Shown one piece after another: positions 18,878 through 29,347 of a DNA stretch of 64,000 nucleotides (positions are counted from its first letter, which is position 1; each line of letters starts with the position of its first letter). Source of the DNA: Negativicutes bacterium (GTDB lineage Bacteria > Bacillota > Negativicutes > UBA1444); contig CAXXIN010000018.1 in the NCBI GenBank assembly GCA_963665275.2, forward strand, positions 256,001 through 320,000, given 5' to 3'. The translations under genes were made by a program, and so were the position numbers. The notes under the pieces are model-generated. The model was not told the DNA's origin. It did no database searches and saw only the letters and a program-made list of their open reading frames with translations.

Positions 18878-19788
18878 AATTAAACCGCCTCTTTGAAATC
18901 GCCACGATTTTGTTGAATAAGGGCTCCATTACCGCCAAAGAGCTCGCTGAACGGTTCGGGGTTTCGACCCGGACAATTTATCGGGATGTTGACGTGCTTT
19001 CGTCTGCGGGTATGCCTGTATATATGAACAAAGGCAATGGCGGAGGCATATATCTGCTGGATAATTATGCGGTAGCCCGAACGCTTATCTCCGAGCAGGA
19101 AAGCGAAAATTTGCTGTTGGCGATCCAAACTATGCAGGCAACGCAGTACCCCGAACTGGATACGGTACTGGAAAAAATGGGGTCAATTTTCAAGAAGGCG
19201 GCTGCCAATGATTGGGTGGAGGTAGATTTTTCACCCTGGGGGAGTATGCCGAATGAAAATAACAAGTTCACCGATATTAAACGGGCCATGCTGGGGCGGC
19301 GCGTCATTCGGTTCGAATATGTCAACGCGACGGGGCGTAAGAGTATTCGACTGGCCGAGCCCGAAAAGCTGGTTTTCAAGGACAACGCGTGGTATTTGCG
19401 GGCTTTTTGCCGGGAACGTCAGGCGCACAGATCTTTTCGGATTTCACGCATCAAGAAGCTGGAAATCACGACGGAGCTTTTTGAGCAGAAACAAGCGCCT
19501 GCGGGAGAGGGAAAAGCTGCGCCCCGGTATGATTCAGAGACGCTCATTCCCCTGAAGCTTCGCTTTCATGCCAGTGTCGTGAATCGGCTATATGATTATT
19601 TTGACGATGCGTTTGTTACTCCTGGCGGCGATGGTAGTTTCATTTTGGAGGTAGCGCTGCCGCCAGGGGAATGGATTTACAGCTACATTCTTTCCTTTGG
19701 GCAGTATGTGGAAGTGCTGGAGCCGGAATCGGTGAAAAAATCTATTGCCCAGCGTATGAAAGAAGCGCTGAAATTCTATGAGCCCTGA
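18874..19788 (+). CDS. YafY-family HTH-WYL transcriptional regulator
   Basis: [39 protein letters not shown]. Confidence 0.92.
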   Translation: MKLNRLFEIATILLNKGSITAKELAERFGVSTRTIYRDVDVLSSAGMPVYMNKGNGGGIYLLDNYAVARTLISEQESENLLLAIQTMQATQYPELDTVLEKMGSIFKKAAANDWVEVDFSPWGSMPNENNKFTDIKRAMLGRRVIRFEYVNATGRKSIRLAEPEKLVFKDNAWYLRAFCRERQAHRSFRISRIKKLEITTELFEQKQAPAGEGKAAPRYDSETLIPLKLRFHASVVNRLYDYFDDAFVTPGGDGSFILEVALPPGEWIYSYILSFGQYVEVLEPESVKKSIAQRMKEALKFYEP

Positions 19789-19791
19789 CTC

Positions 19792-19830
19792 AAATATGAC
19801 ATACCTATGTCTTATTTCCATGGTTATAAT
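19792..19830 (+). promoter_or_regulatory. Putative WYL-regulator operator and -10 box
   Basis: AAATATGACA-N6-TGTCTTATTT dyad (19792-19817) followed by TATAAT at 19825-19830. Confidence 0.6.
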
Positions 19831-19864
19831 GAACCAAAAGGTATAAGGGGGTTTGGCAATGGCT

Positions 19865-20692
19865 ATGGATTTTATTCAAGTCGATCAGGCGAAATGTACG
19901 CGCTGCGGCATCTGTGCCGAAGTTTGTCCGGGGGTTATCGGGATGGGGGGGAAAACGGGCCGCAGGTCATACGGGATCTTTGCGTGAGCTGTGGACAGTG
20001 TGTGGCGGTTTGTCCCCACGGGGCGCTCGATAACGCCAACGCGCCGCTGGATACGCAAGTGGCGCGGGATCGGGCGACGGATATTCGCGAAGAGGCGGCG
20101 GCGCAGTTTTTGCGCTCGCGCCGGTCTGTCCGCAATTATCGGTCCCAAGCGGTACCACGGGAGACGATCAGGAAAGTTCTCGATATTGCCCCGCCTGGCG
20201 CCTACGGCCTGCAATTCACAAGGCGTCGCTTACCATGTGGTGGATGACCCCGCGACCTTGCGCCGGATTGCCTCTGCGGTCATTGATTGGGTGGAAGGGG
20301 AACTCACGAACTCTCTCGCCATGGCTGCATCCAAGTATGCTCCTCATACCTGGATGATGGTGGAGATTTATCGCCAATCCGGGGAAGATACAGTCCTGCG
20401 TTCGGCGTCTTGCTTGATCGTGGCGATTGCGGATAAAGACGCGGCTCTTGCCGGCCGGGATAATGCTTATTTGTCACTGGCCTATTCGCAGTTGTTTGCC
20501 ACCTCGATGGGGCTGGGAACGTGCTGGGCCGGGCTGTTCGAGTATTGCGCCGCCGCCGGGTATGAACCGCTAATGCGGCTGCTGAACTTACCGCAGGATA
20601 TGCGGGTGGTCGGCGGAATGATGCTGGGCTATCCGAAGTATGAGTATTACCGGCTGGTCGAGAGAAATCCGCTGCAGGTTACCTGGCAATAA
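19865..20692 (+). CDS. Ferredoxin-fused nitroreductase, two frameshifts (G-run near 19948, C-run near 20190)
   Basis: MDFIQVDQAKCTRCGICAEVCP | CVSCGQCVAVCP...RSRRSVRNY | APTACNSQ...GLGTCWAG...LGYP. Confidence 0.85.
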
Positions 20693-20741
20693 AGCTGATG
20701 CTTCGGCAAATTGCCGCGGCAGTTGAGAAAAAAACAGATAG

Positions 20742-21585
20742 GTGGAGAATGAATTGGGGAAAACTGTAATCGATTTTCATGTTCATCTGGCCAAGTACGA
20801 AGTCTGTACCGAGAGCGCCTATGAGTGGTTCGCGCAAGCTTTTGCTTCGCCGGAGGCATATCATGATTTTTGCCACAAATATCAGCAGGCGGATAATTTT
20901 CTGGCCTTGATGGATGAAAATGGTGTCGATTATTCCGTGGTGTTGGCGGAGGTCGCACCGCTGACGACTGGGATTGCCACCAATGAAATGGTGGCGGATT
21001 TTTGCGGGGGGAATCCGCGTCTCATTCCTTTTTGCACGTTTAATCCGTTTCAGGATTCCAACATGGGGGAACAGTTGTCAACACTGGTGACGCGTCAAGG
21101 CTTTAAGGGCGTGAAGCTCTATCCCACCTACAACTATTTTTACCCCAATGATCTCTGCTCTTTATCCGCTCTATGCCGTTGCGGAAAAACTGGAGATCCC
21201 CATTTTGTTTCACACCGGTTCTTCGGTTTTCAAAAATTCCCGTATCAAGTATGGGAATCCTATTTTTTACGATGATGTCGCAGTGGACTTCCCCAATTTG
21301 AAAATCGTGATGGCTCATGGCGGTAGGGGCCCTTGGTATGATGAGGCTTTTGTCATGGCTCGCCTCCATCAAAATGTCTACATTGATGCCACAGGCTTGC
21401 CTCCCCAAAAACTGTTGACTTATTTTCCAGATATGGAGCGTCTGGCCCATAAATTTATCTTTGGCACGGATTGGCCGAGTGTTGATGTGAAGAAAAACAT
21501 TGATTTGGTGCGTCAGTTGCCGATAACTGCCCAAGCGATCGATCAAATTCTCGGCGAAAATGCCAAACAGGTCTTGGGACTATAG
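20742..21585 (+). CDS. Amidohydrolase_2 family protein, frameshift near 21152
   Basis: IDFHVH, GVKLYP | FHTG, MAHGG, FGTDWP, ILGENA. Confidence 0.85.
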
Positions 21586-21610
21586 GCGAAAGCACCTTCT
21601 ATGCTCCGCT

Positions 21611-22490
21611 TTAAGAGAAAAGCAGTTTCAGATATTGGTTCAAAATTGCCAGACTTCCTGTTTACTGTCGGCTTGGGATGTTTGTGCGTGAGCTTATAAC
21701 AGGTCCTCACCGGCGGCGCTTCCCATAGCTCTTGAATGACGAAACGGCCCGACTGAACGAACGCAGTGGCTACCGATTTTGGGACGATACTCCATTGCCG
21801 GGCATCTTGCATGAGCGAGAAAATCAACCCGGCAGTGTCAACCGGAATACGGGTTGGCGAGAAGGGGTCCCACCAGCGGTCATGCCATAGTTGGTAAGTC
21901 GGGCTCCAATTCATGTAGATTTCGTAGTCGCTTTTGAGAGACTCCGGGGTCGCCGCCTCCAGTGCGGAGTTTTTGGGCGTTGCTGTCCGGATCAACACCA
22001 TTTCGTCGATGAAGAAAGGCTCCACGAGTATATTCGGCACGGTTCGCTCCATCTTGACGAAGGCGACATCGACCTCGCGGCGTTCGATGGTATCATAGAG
22101 TTCTACCGAGTGTTGCGTGCGCAACCGCAGTCGCAGTCGCGGCGCATGCCGACTCAGCGCACAATAAAGCTGGGGCAGTACGTAGGTGTTGATGCTGTTC
22201 GAACCGGCGAGTGAGAGGCTAAGCTGCACGCCTCCGGCCTGCATGATTTCGATTTCCCGTTTTAACGAACTCCAGCGCTCGGCTATCGTGACGAAATTTT
22301 CGCCGAAAGGGGTCAGCGTAACGGCCTGAACTCCTTGGCTGCGCTCGATCAGCGTGGCGCCCAGCTCCTGCTCCAGCGTTTTCAGCCGATAACTGACTGT
22401 CGCCTGGGACAGATGCAAGAGGTCGGCGGCCTTGATCAGGCTATGGGTTTGCAAAATGGCCAGAAAAGCGTCAATTCCCGCAACGTACAT
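21611..22490 (-). CDS. LysR family regulator, probable frameshift near 21660
   Basis: ATG at 22490, AADLLHLSQATVSYRLKTLEQELG; the natural C-terminus SLAILNQYLKLLFS* lies in another frame. Confidence 0.88.
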
Positions 22491-22626
22491 GATTTTCTCC
22501 TTCATATAGAATATTTCGATAGGATAAGCCAAATTAATTTGTTTTACATTTGCGCTTTCTATATTTAAAATTAACATGAAGTTGATCGAAAATCAACTAA
22601 CCCCAGGAATATAGGGAGAGCATAAT

Positions 22627-23820
22627 TTGAGTAGTCAAACGGATGCGAATAAACGGCAGGTCATTGTCATTTCATTGCTTACGGCGGCTTGCTTGCTGGG
22701 CGATTCGATGCTCTACATCGTGTTGCCGATACACTGGCAAGCAGTGGGGCTGGCTTCACTCTGGGAAGTGGGGATCTTGTTGTCGGTCAACCGCATGGTG
22801 CGATTGCCGCTGAATCCGCTGGTCGGCTGGCTCTATGGCAGGATGAGCAGCCGAAGCGGCATTATTTTTGCGGGAGTGCTGGCGACGTGTACGACGCTGT
22901 CGTATGCGTGGATTAACGGGTTCGCTTGGTGGCTCTTAGCGCGATGCGTGTGGGGAGTGGCCTGGACTTTTTTGCGGCTGGGCGCGTACTTTACCATTTT
23001 GGAAGCGGCGGGGGAACAGAACCGCGGGCATTACATGGGGATGTATAACGGCCTTTACCGGTTGGGCAGCTTGGTTGGTATGCTCACAGGCGGCTTTTTG
23101 GCCGACCGCTTCGGTATCGGCGTCACGGCTACTTTGTTTGGCTGTGCGACCCTTCTGGCGATTCCGTTTGCGTATCGGCTGATTCCCGCAGCCAACGCGC
23201 ATGTGGAAGTTGAGAAAAAGCCGGTGGAGTTGTCGACGCTTTGGAATGCGAACGTGGTGTGGACGCTATTGACAGGCCTGGTGCTGGCGATGGTCTATCA
23301 GGGGACTTTTACCGCGAGTCTTAGCTATTTGATTCAGGTTCACTATTCTTCACCGCTTCTGCTGTTCGGCATGTCGGTGGGCGCCGCGTCCCTGGCCGGT
23401 ACCCTGCAGGCGCTTCGGTGGAGCTGGGAGCCGTGGCTGGCGCCGTGGTTCGGCAAATTATCCGATGGCAAGTTGAGTCGCCAAGCTTTGTTGACGACAA
23501 CGTTGCTGCTGGCGGCGGTGCTGTTCGCCGTCATCCCTTTGCAAATGCCGCTGGAGCCTTGGCTGATCTTAATCATGCTGATTCTCTTGACGGCGACGAT
23601 CCTGACGACGATTATCGATGCCATCGCCTGTGATGTCGCGTTCGGCTGCCCGGCCAAGGCGTTCATGACGGCCTATTCCTTTGCGATCGACATCGGCGCG
23701 GCCCTCGGCCCGTTGATTGGCTATGCGCTGAATGATATAGTAGGACCACACGCCATTTATTGGGCATTTGCCTGCGGCCTGTCTCTTTTGGCGGTCAAAT
23801 GGTTTGCGTGGGCGAAATGA
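22627..23820 (+). CDS. MFS transporter
   Basis: About 12 TM segments, LGDSMLY, GILLSVNR, divergent from LysR. Confidence 0.88.
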   Translation: MSSQTDANKRQVIVISLLTAACLLGDSMLYIVLPIHWQAVGLASLWEVGILLSVNRMVRLPLNPLVGWLYGRMSSRSGIIFAGVLATCTTLSYAWINGFAWWLLARCVWGVAWTFLRLGAYFTILEAAGEQNRGHYMGMYNGLYRLGSLVGMLTGGFLADRFGIGVTATLFGCATLLAIPFAYRLIPAANAHVEVEKKPVELSTLWNANVVWTLLTGLVLAMVYQGTFTASLSYLIQVHYSSPLLLFGMSVGAASLAGTLQALRWSWEPWLAPWFGKLSDGKLSRQALLTTTLLLAAVLFAVIPLQMPLEPWLILIMLILLTATILTTIIDAIACDVAFGCPAKAFMTAYSFAIDIGAALGPLIGYALNDIVGPHAIYWAFACGLSLLAVKWFAWAK

Positions 23821-23836
23821 TGGGAGGTTTTTAACC

Positions 23837-25102
23837 ATGGCGATTGTACAAACTTCGTATTCTGTTTCTTCTGAGGTTCAAGGCGTCTATGATCAACTCA
23901 CGTCTAGCGAACAGGTTCGACAGGCGTTGGATTTTTTGCGCAGCGACGCGGACGCTACGCTGGCCGACCAAAAAATCATCACGGAAATTCCGGCACCTCC
24001 TTTTCAGGAGCAGGAGCGGGCGGCGTATTATTTGCAGCGACTGACGGAGCTGGGGTTGCAGGATGCGGCGATGGACAGCGAAGGCAATGTCATGGGGGTT
24101 TATAAAGGGCGCGGCGTCGGGCCGACAGTGTTTGTGTCCGCCCATTTGGATACCGTTTTTCCGGCAGGTACGGCTATCTCCGTTACCGAAAAAAACGGGC
24201 GTCTCTATGCGCCGGGGATTTCGGATGATGCGCGGGGGCTGGCCACGATTCTGTCGGTGATCCGCGCACTGCGCGCAGCAGGCATAGAGACTGCGGGTGA
24301 TATTGTGTTCGGCGGGGATGTGGGCGAGGAGGGCCTCGGAGATCTGCGCGGCGTCAAGGCCTTTTTTCGCGACAATCCGGACATTGACGGATTTATTACG
24401 GTGGATGGGACGAGCCACGGCATCATCACCTATCTGGCCACAGGCAGCCGGCGCTTTGAAGTCACCTATCAAGGTTCAGGCGGACATAGTTTTAAAGAAT
24501 TCGGGATTCCCAGCGCGATTCATGCCTTGGGCCGGGCGATAGCGAAAATCGCGGAGCTGACGGTGCCGCAGCAGCCGAAGACGACCTTTACCGTGGGAAC
24601 CATTACCGGTGGGACTTCAGTCAATTCTATCGCCGCGATGGCTTCCATGTTGGTGGATATGCGCTCGGACAGCCCGGAGGAGCTGCGGAAATTGGAAGAA
24701 GCTTTATTGGTGCTTGTTCGAGAGGCAAATGACGAGGAAAATGCCCGCTGGAATAGCCAGGAACTTACGGTGGAATTGAAATTGGTGGGGGATCGACCGG
24801 CAGGCCAGCAAAGCGTGGATGCGCCGATCGTGCAGGCTGCCTATGCCGCGACAGTCGCGCTGGGGGAGACGCCGGAATTAAGTCCGGCGAGCAGCACCGA
24901 CGCTAACCTGCCGTTGAGTCTGGGGATTCCTTCGCTCCGTTTGGGTGGTGGCGGCGTCGACGGCAAGAATCACTCGCCGGAGGAATGGTTTGATCCAACG
25001 AACGCTTATTTGGGACCGCAAAAAGTTCTCTTGACGCTTCTGGGACTGGTCGGTCTGGCTGGGGGTCCGCAGCCGCTGCTGTCGGTGCGAAAAAAAAGAT
25101 AG
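23837..25102 (+). CDS. M20/M25/M40 metallopeptidase
   Basis: SAHLDTVFP, APGISDD, EEGLGDLRG, STDAN, HSPEEW. Confidence 0.9.
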   Translation: MAIVQTSYSVSSEVQGVYDQLTSSEQVRQALDFLRSDADATLADQKIITEIPAPPFQEQERAAYYLQRLTELGLQDAAMDSEGNVMGVYKGRGVGPTVFVSAHLDTVFPAGTAISVTEKNGRLYAPGISDDARGLATILSVIRALRAAGIETAGDIVFGGDVGEEGLGDLRGVKAFFRDNPDIDGFITVDGTSHGIITYLATGSRRFEVTYQGSGGHSFKEFGIPSAIHALGRAIAKIAELTVPQQPKTTFTVGTITGGTSVNSIAAMASMLVDMRSDSPEELRKLEEALLVLVREANDEENARWNSQELTVELKLVGDRPAGQQSVDAPIVQAAYAATVALGETPELSPASSTDANLPLSLGIPSLRLGGGGVDGKNHSPEEWFDPTNAYLGPQKVLLTLLGLVGLAGGPQPLLSVRKKR

Positions 25103-25219
25103 CCACGTGAGCTGACTAAGACGGATCAAGTTTTTGCCGCCACCATCACCGCTGACAGAGAATATGAAATTTCTTTATCGATAGCTGCCACTCGCATTTA
25201 CTTAGTTTGTCTAACCTCG

Positions 25220-25299
25220 TTGACAAATGAACATACTGTTATATAATTTACATAAATATCCCATGGCAATGAAGCCTTCGCAAAATGCGGAGGCTTTTT
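25220..25299 (+). promoter_or_regulatory. Promoter plus leader attenuator with an ANTAR-like hairpin
   Basis: TTGACA(25220)-16bp-TATAAT; GGC-AATGAA-GCC hairpin (25265-25276) overlaps the 5' arm of terminator AAGCCTTCGC-AAAAT-GCGGAGGCTTTTT. Confidence 0.55.
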
Positions 25300-25397
25300 C
25301 TGTACCCCAAAATACTGAGAAGAAAAGAGGGCTGTGCTAATCGAATTGAATGTTTGGGGAAGTTTGCGAAAGAATAATGAGACGAGGAGTGTTAATC

Positions 25398-26762
25398 ATG
25401 CCTGAGAATCAATATTCACCATCAGTTCAAATTGCTGCAAGATTGGATAGGTTGCCCTTAGCCAGAGTTCATTACAAATTGTTGCTGATCCACGGATGTG
25501 CCTGGGCTTTTGATGCGTTTGACGTTGGCTTGGTTACTTTTATTGCAACCGCACTTATTCAAGATTGGCATTTAAACCCTGCCCAAGTCGGAATTTTGCT
25601 GAGCTCAGGTCTCGTCGGCATGATGGTTGGTGCATTTCTGTCAGGTCCGATTGCTGACCGTTTTGGTCGAAAGACGGTATTCCAGTCCACGATGCTGATC
25701 TTCTCCCTGGCATCTCTGGCTTGTGCGGCTGCCTGGGATTTTAATTCTCTGATCTTCTTCCGCTTTTTGGTCGGTGTGGGCCTGGGCGGAGAAACTCCGG
25801 CCGTTACAGCTCTAATGGGAGAGTTTATTCCGGCGAAGGATCGCGGCAAGGTGCAAGGGTTGCTGAATACTTTCTGGGCAGTAGGTTGGCTCGCAGCGGC
25901 TGGTTTATCCTATTTCGTCATACCCGGACTTGAGAACGGTTGGCGCTGGGCCTTTGTCGGCGGAGCCGTACCAGCATTCTATGTATGGGTTGTCCGTAGA
26001 CATTTGCCGGAATCTCCGCGTTGGCTGGCGGTCCACGGTAAATCGGAAAAAGCGTTGGCCATCGTGGATCAGATTGAATCGGAAGTTGCCCAAACCAAGA
26101 CAATTCCGCCGTTGACAGAAGAAAATCTGAAAGCGGTTTTGGTTGAAGGCAAGACGTCTGTCAGCAAACTGTTTTCTCCGGAATATCTGCGCACTACGTT
26201 GATGCTGTGGGCACTTTGGTTTTTGGGAATGTTCGGTTACTATGGCCTGTTTGCCTGGATGCCTTCACTATTGGTTAAAGCCGGTCACAGCATGGTAAAA
26301 TCTTTCTTGTATGTGGTTATCATGCAGGCGGCCTATATTCCCAACCAAATCCTTTGCGCCTACGGGATGGACAAATTTGGGCGCAAGAAACTTTTGACGA
26401 TGAACCTGTTGATGGCGGCGCTTTCCGCTCTGGTGTTCGGATGGGCGCTGGGTATTGGCGGTTTGGCCATCGCGCAGGTAGTTGCGTTGGGAGTAGTGAC
26501 GTCCTTCTTTGTTTCAGGAATCTGGGGAATTACATATACCTATACGCCTGAACTTTATCCCACAAGCATCAGGGTGACAGGCACCAGTTTGGCGGCGACC
26601 TGGTCGCGGGTTGGTTCCATGCTGGCCCCGCTGGTCATTGGTTTTGCACTGAATTCAGTCGGAGTCTCCGGCGCCATTGCCATAGTGGCCGCTGCGTTTG
26701 CACTGGGTGGGGTGATCGTGGCGATATGGGGCATTGAAACAAAAGGACGAACTCTGAAATAA
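25398..26762 (+). CDS. MFS transporter (YceI/NiaP/AAHS-like)
   Basis: RLDRLP, FDAFD, ADRFGRK, LPESPRWL, PELYPT..R.TG, ETKGRTL. Confidence 0.9.
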   Translation: MPENQYSPSVQIAARLDRLPLARVHYKLLLIHGCAWAFDAFDVGLVTFIATALIQDWHLNPAQVGILLSSGLVGMMVGAFLSGPIADRFGRKTVFQSTMLIFSLASLACAAAWDFNSLIFFRFLVGVGLGGETPAVTALMGEFIPAKDRGKVQGLLNTFWAVGWLAAAGLSYFVIPGLENGWRWAFVGGAVPAFYVWVVRRHLPESPRWLAVHGKSEKALAIVDQIESEVAQTKTIPPLTEENLKAVLVEGKTSVSKLFSPEYLRTTLMLWALWFLGMFGYYGLFAWMPSLLVKAGHSMVKSFLYVVIMQAAYIPNQILCAYGMDKFGRKKLLTMNLLMAALSALVFGWALGIGGLAIAQVVALGVVTSFFVSGIWGITYTYTPELYPTSIRVTGTSLAATWSRVGSMLAPLVIGFALNSVGVSGAIAIVAAAFALGGVIVAIWGIETKGRTLK

Positions 26763-26963
26763 AATCACTTAGAAGATGCTTGTCTCAGCAAAAATTCATC
26801 AATCAAGCTGGTACTTAGGTGGAAATAATGGTAAAGTATTATTGTAACATCCCAATAATTCGTGAAATTAATGGTTGTTACGTTTGCGGATATTCGCGTG
26901 GCAATGCTTGCGACTCGAACACCGCTCCATATACCCAATAATAAAGATTAAGGAGAGAAAAGA

Positions 26964-27608
26964 ATGAACAAAAGACTTAAATCCTGTTTCGCATTCATGG
27001 TGGCGGTTTTGCTATTTGCATCAATGTCGCCTGCAATGGCGTCGGTTCCGGAGAAACTTCCCCAACCCGACGGAATTTTGGTTGATGATGTGATTCAAAA
27101 TCAATTCACTGTTCAATTTGTAGGAGAAATTCCTGATCCGAATGATGATACCGATCAAGTCATGGATGGAACTTCAGGTATGGTCACCCATAATATCCGA
27201 CAAGCTATCCTCAAAGATAAGACCGGGCATGAAGAAACTATCAAGCTAGGTAAAGAAGTTAAAAACTATGACCAGATCAAAAAAGATGATATCGTTACAA
27301 TCCGTGTAGAAAGACGAGTGGCATTCTTCGTTGGAAAAGACGAACTCGTTCCAGGGTCGGGTGATAAGACCACTAAGTATTCTGCGCCCAAAGGTTCAAA
27401 GCCGGGCTACGTTGAAGTGAAAGAATCGTTTCTTACATTGGCAATCATGAAACTCGATGCAGCCAAGAAAGAAGTGACTGTCAAATTGCCGGACAAAACG
27501 ATCAAGACGGTTGTTACACCAAAACTTGATTTTTCATTGCTGAAAGTCGGCCAAAATGTAATTGTACAGGTAGTGAGCGAACAAAGCATTGCCGTTACAA
27601 CTCCATAA
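26964..27608 (+). CDS. Secreted/periplasmic hypothetical protein
   Basis: Signal peptide ending PAMA-S; two beta-rich repeats; AAGGAG RBS. Confidence 0.7.
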   Translation: MNKRLKSCFAFMVAVLLFASMSPAMASVPEKLPQPDGILVDDVIQNQFTVQFVGEIPDPNDDTDQVMDGTSGMVTHNIRQAILKDKTGHEETIKLGKEVKNYDQIKKDDIVTIRVERRVAFFVGKDELVPGSGDKTTKYSAPKGSKPGYVEVKESFLTLAIMKLDAAKKEVTVKLPDKTIKTVVTPKLDFSLLKVGQNVIVQVVSEQSIAVTTP

Positions 27609-27645
27609 CAAGCCGAAAAATCTGCCTCCACCCTGTAAAAGGGGA

Positions 27646-27678
27646 GACGCTGCAAGTATTTGCAGCGTTTTTCTTTTC
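27646..27678. terminator. Intrinsic terminator
   Basis: ACGCTGCAA-GTAT-TTGCAGCGTTTTT. Confidence 0.7.
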
Positions 27679-27721
27679 GCCGGTAAACTTTTCATGTCGA
27701 TTGAGAGACGGATAACATCAA

Positions 27722-28180
27722 TCAATTGCGTAGATTGATCCGCACGGCGCGGCGCTCTTTGAGCACATAGCAGCCTGCCACGGAAACTGCTCGCGGCGTA
27801 AGGGCCGTGAATACAGCGGTGTTGGTAGGAACACTATATTCCACATGAAAATCCGCGGCGCCGTCCAGATCAAAATCGATATCTTCACTGATCGTTTCCG
27901 GCAAGGATTTTAACGGCGAAAAATCGAGCTGCACGAACCCTTCGGAGCGTTGACCGATGAGCGCGTCGAAAACGGCGCGGTGTTGCAGGGTTTGATACGA
28001 ACCGTGGTCAATGGTGCGGACGATTTCGCCGCCGGTAAACCAAGGGGAAATTTTCAGACCGGTGACATCGATCAGCTTGTGCGAAAAAAATTTCATACCA
28101 AGAAAAGTGGCTAAAGCGATGATAATCGTGAGTGCGGCTGCGGTATAGCCGAAAAATGTACGTAGGCGCATGGTGAACAT
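27722..28180 (-). CDS. Membrane-anchored hypothetical protein
   Basis: N-terminal TM, WFTGGE motif, GGAGG RBS; last gene of the LytTR operon. Confidence 0.7.
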   Translation of the reverse strand: MFTMRLRTFFGYTAAALTIIIALATFLGMKFFSHKLIDVTGLKISPWFTGGEIVRTIDHGSYQTLQHRAVFDALIGQRSEGFVQLDFSPLKSLPETISEDIDFDLDGAADFHVEYSVPTNTAVFTALTPRAVSVAGCYVLKERRAVRINLRN

Positions 28181-28192
28181 CGCCTCCTTTTC

Positions 28193-29347
28193 TTAATGGA
28201 GCATGCTGCCGGTGAAGAACAGGCGAAAAATTCGTTCCAAGCCGCCATAAATGCAGCCACCGCCGATCACTGCGGCAAAGGTAAAGGCCGGGTAGAGAAA
28301 CAGGGTTCTCGCCGTCTGCAAGTTGACATTCAAAGGCGTACCTTTGATGTGGAAAGCGATGGCGCCTTTGGGACAGGTGTCGATGCATTTTCCGCACTTG
28401 GTGCAGGAGAAGCGCGTTTTTCCTGCCTGCAGGCTTTGTTTATCGATGCTGAAAGTGGGGCAGCTTTTCAGGCAAAGTCGGCAATTTACACATTCGGCGC
28501 GATTGATCCGTACTTCAAATACATTCAGTTTGTTGAAGAGCGACTGAAAAGCGCCGAAGGGGCAGAACAGTCCGCATTGGATGCGGCGGCCGGTAAGTAT
28601 CGGCAGGGTGACGACCAGACCGAGGAACAGGGAAACGAAGATGAAGGCCTGCAACGCTGTTTTCACGGATTGAATCGCCGGAAATTCGGTGACGGTCTTG
28701 AAGGGGCACAGCCAGGCGCAGTAGGTGGGCGACAGAGTGGCGGCGGAAGTCAATACGATTCCCAGCAGGACGGCCCACGGCAGGTACGTCCATTTTTTAT
28801 TGATGGCAGTGATTTTTGGTTGACGGCAGAGATGGGAAAAGCCTTCATCCATGCCGCCGAAAAAACAGATCCAACTGCACCAGCCACGCCCGACTGCGAG
28901 CGAAAATCCCAGCCACAGCACAATTCCGCTGGCGATACCGGCATAGGAAGCGAAGAAAGAGCCGGGGAAAATAATCGTATTCGTCAGAGCCGCCGGGATG
29001 ATGAGCATCGGGATGACTAAGGGACAGAGCGGAGTTTCGCCGTCAAGCATATTGGCGGGAGATAGTTCCATGGTTCCCCGGACTTCAATGAGGTTGGCGA
29101 TGAATGAGACGATGAAGAGCAGGGAGACGAGGATGAAAAAACGGGAACGGTATTTGTGGGTCTGACCGGTGTAAATCATACTGAAAAAAGTGGCGTTGAC
29201 CACGCAATAGGTGATCAAAGCAGGCAAAATCTTCGCCGGGGTGGAGAGCTGTTTGCCGTAGAGCAGAAACAGGGCGGTGATGAGTGCCATCGGCAGAGCG
29301 ATGAGTATTGCCCGACTCAAACCGATTTTTTGATTGCAAGTCGTCAT
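28193..29347 (-). CDS. Membrane polyferredoxin (4Fe-4S binding, NapH/FixG-like)
   Basis: GRGWCSWICFFG, YCAWLCPF, QCGLFCPFG, CVNCRLCLKSCP, CTKCGKCIDTCP. Confidence 0.88.
   Translation of the reverse strand: MTTCNQKIGLSRAILIALPMALITALFLLYGKQLSTPAKILPALITYCVVNATFFSMIYTGQTHKYRSRFFILVSLLFIVSFIANLIEVRGTMELSPANMLDGETPLCPLVIPMLIIPAALTNTIIFPGSFFASYAGIASGIVLWLGFSLAVGRGWCSWICFFGGMDEGFSHLCRQPKITAINKKWTYLPWAVLLGIVLTSAATLSPTYCAWLCPFKTVTEFPAIQSVKTALQAFIFVSLFLGLVVTLPILTGRRIQCGLFCPFGAFQSLFNKLNVFEVRINRAECVNCRLCLKSCPTFSIDKQSLQAGKTRFSCTKCGKCIDTCPKGAIAFHIKGTPLNVNLQTARTLFLYPAFTFAAVIGGGCIYGGLERIFRLFFTGSMLH

Noticed and set aside
18140-20195. Programmed frameshifting or phase-variable tracts
   Set aside because: The runs are short (4-7 nt), lie in ordinary enzymes and cluster with other indels; assembly error is more parsimonious
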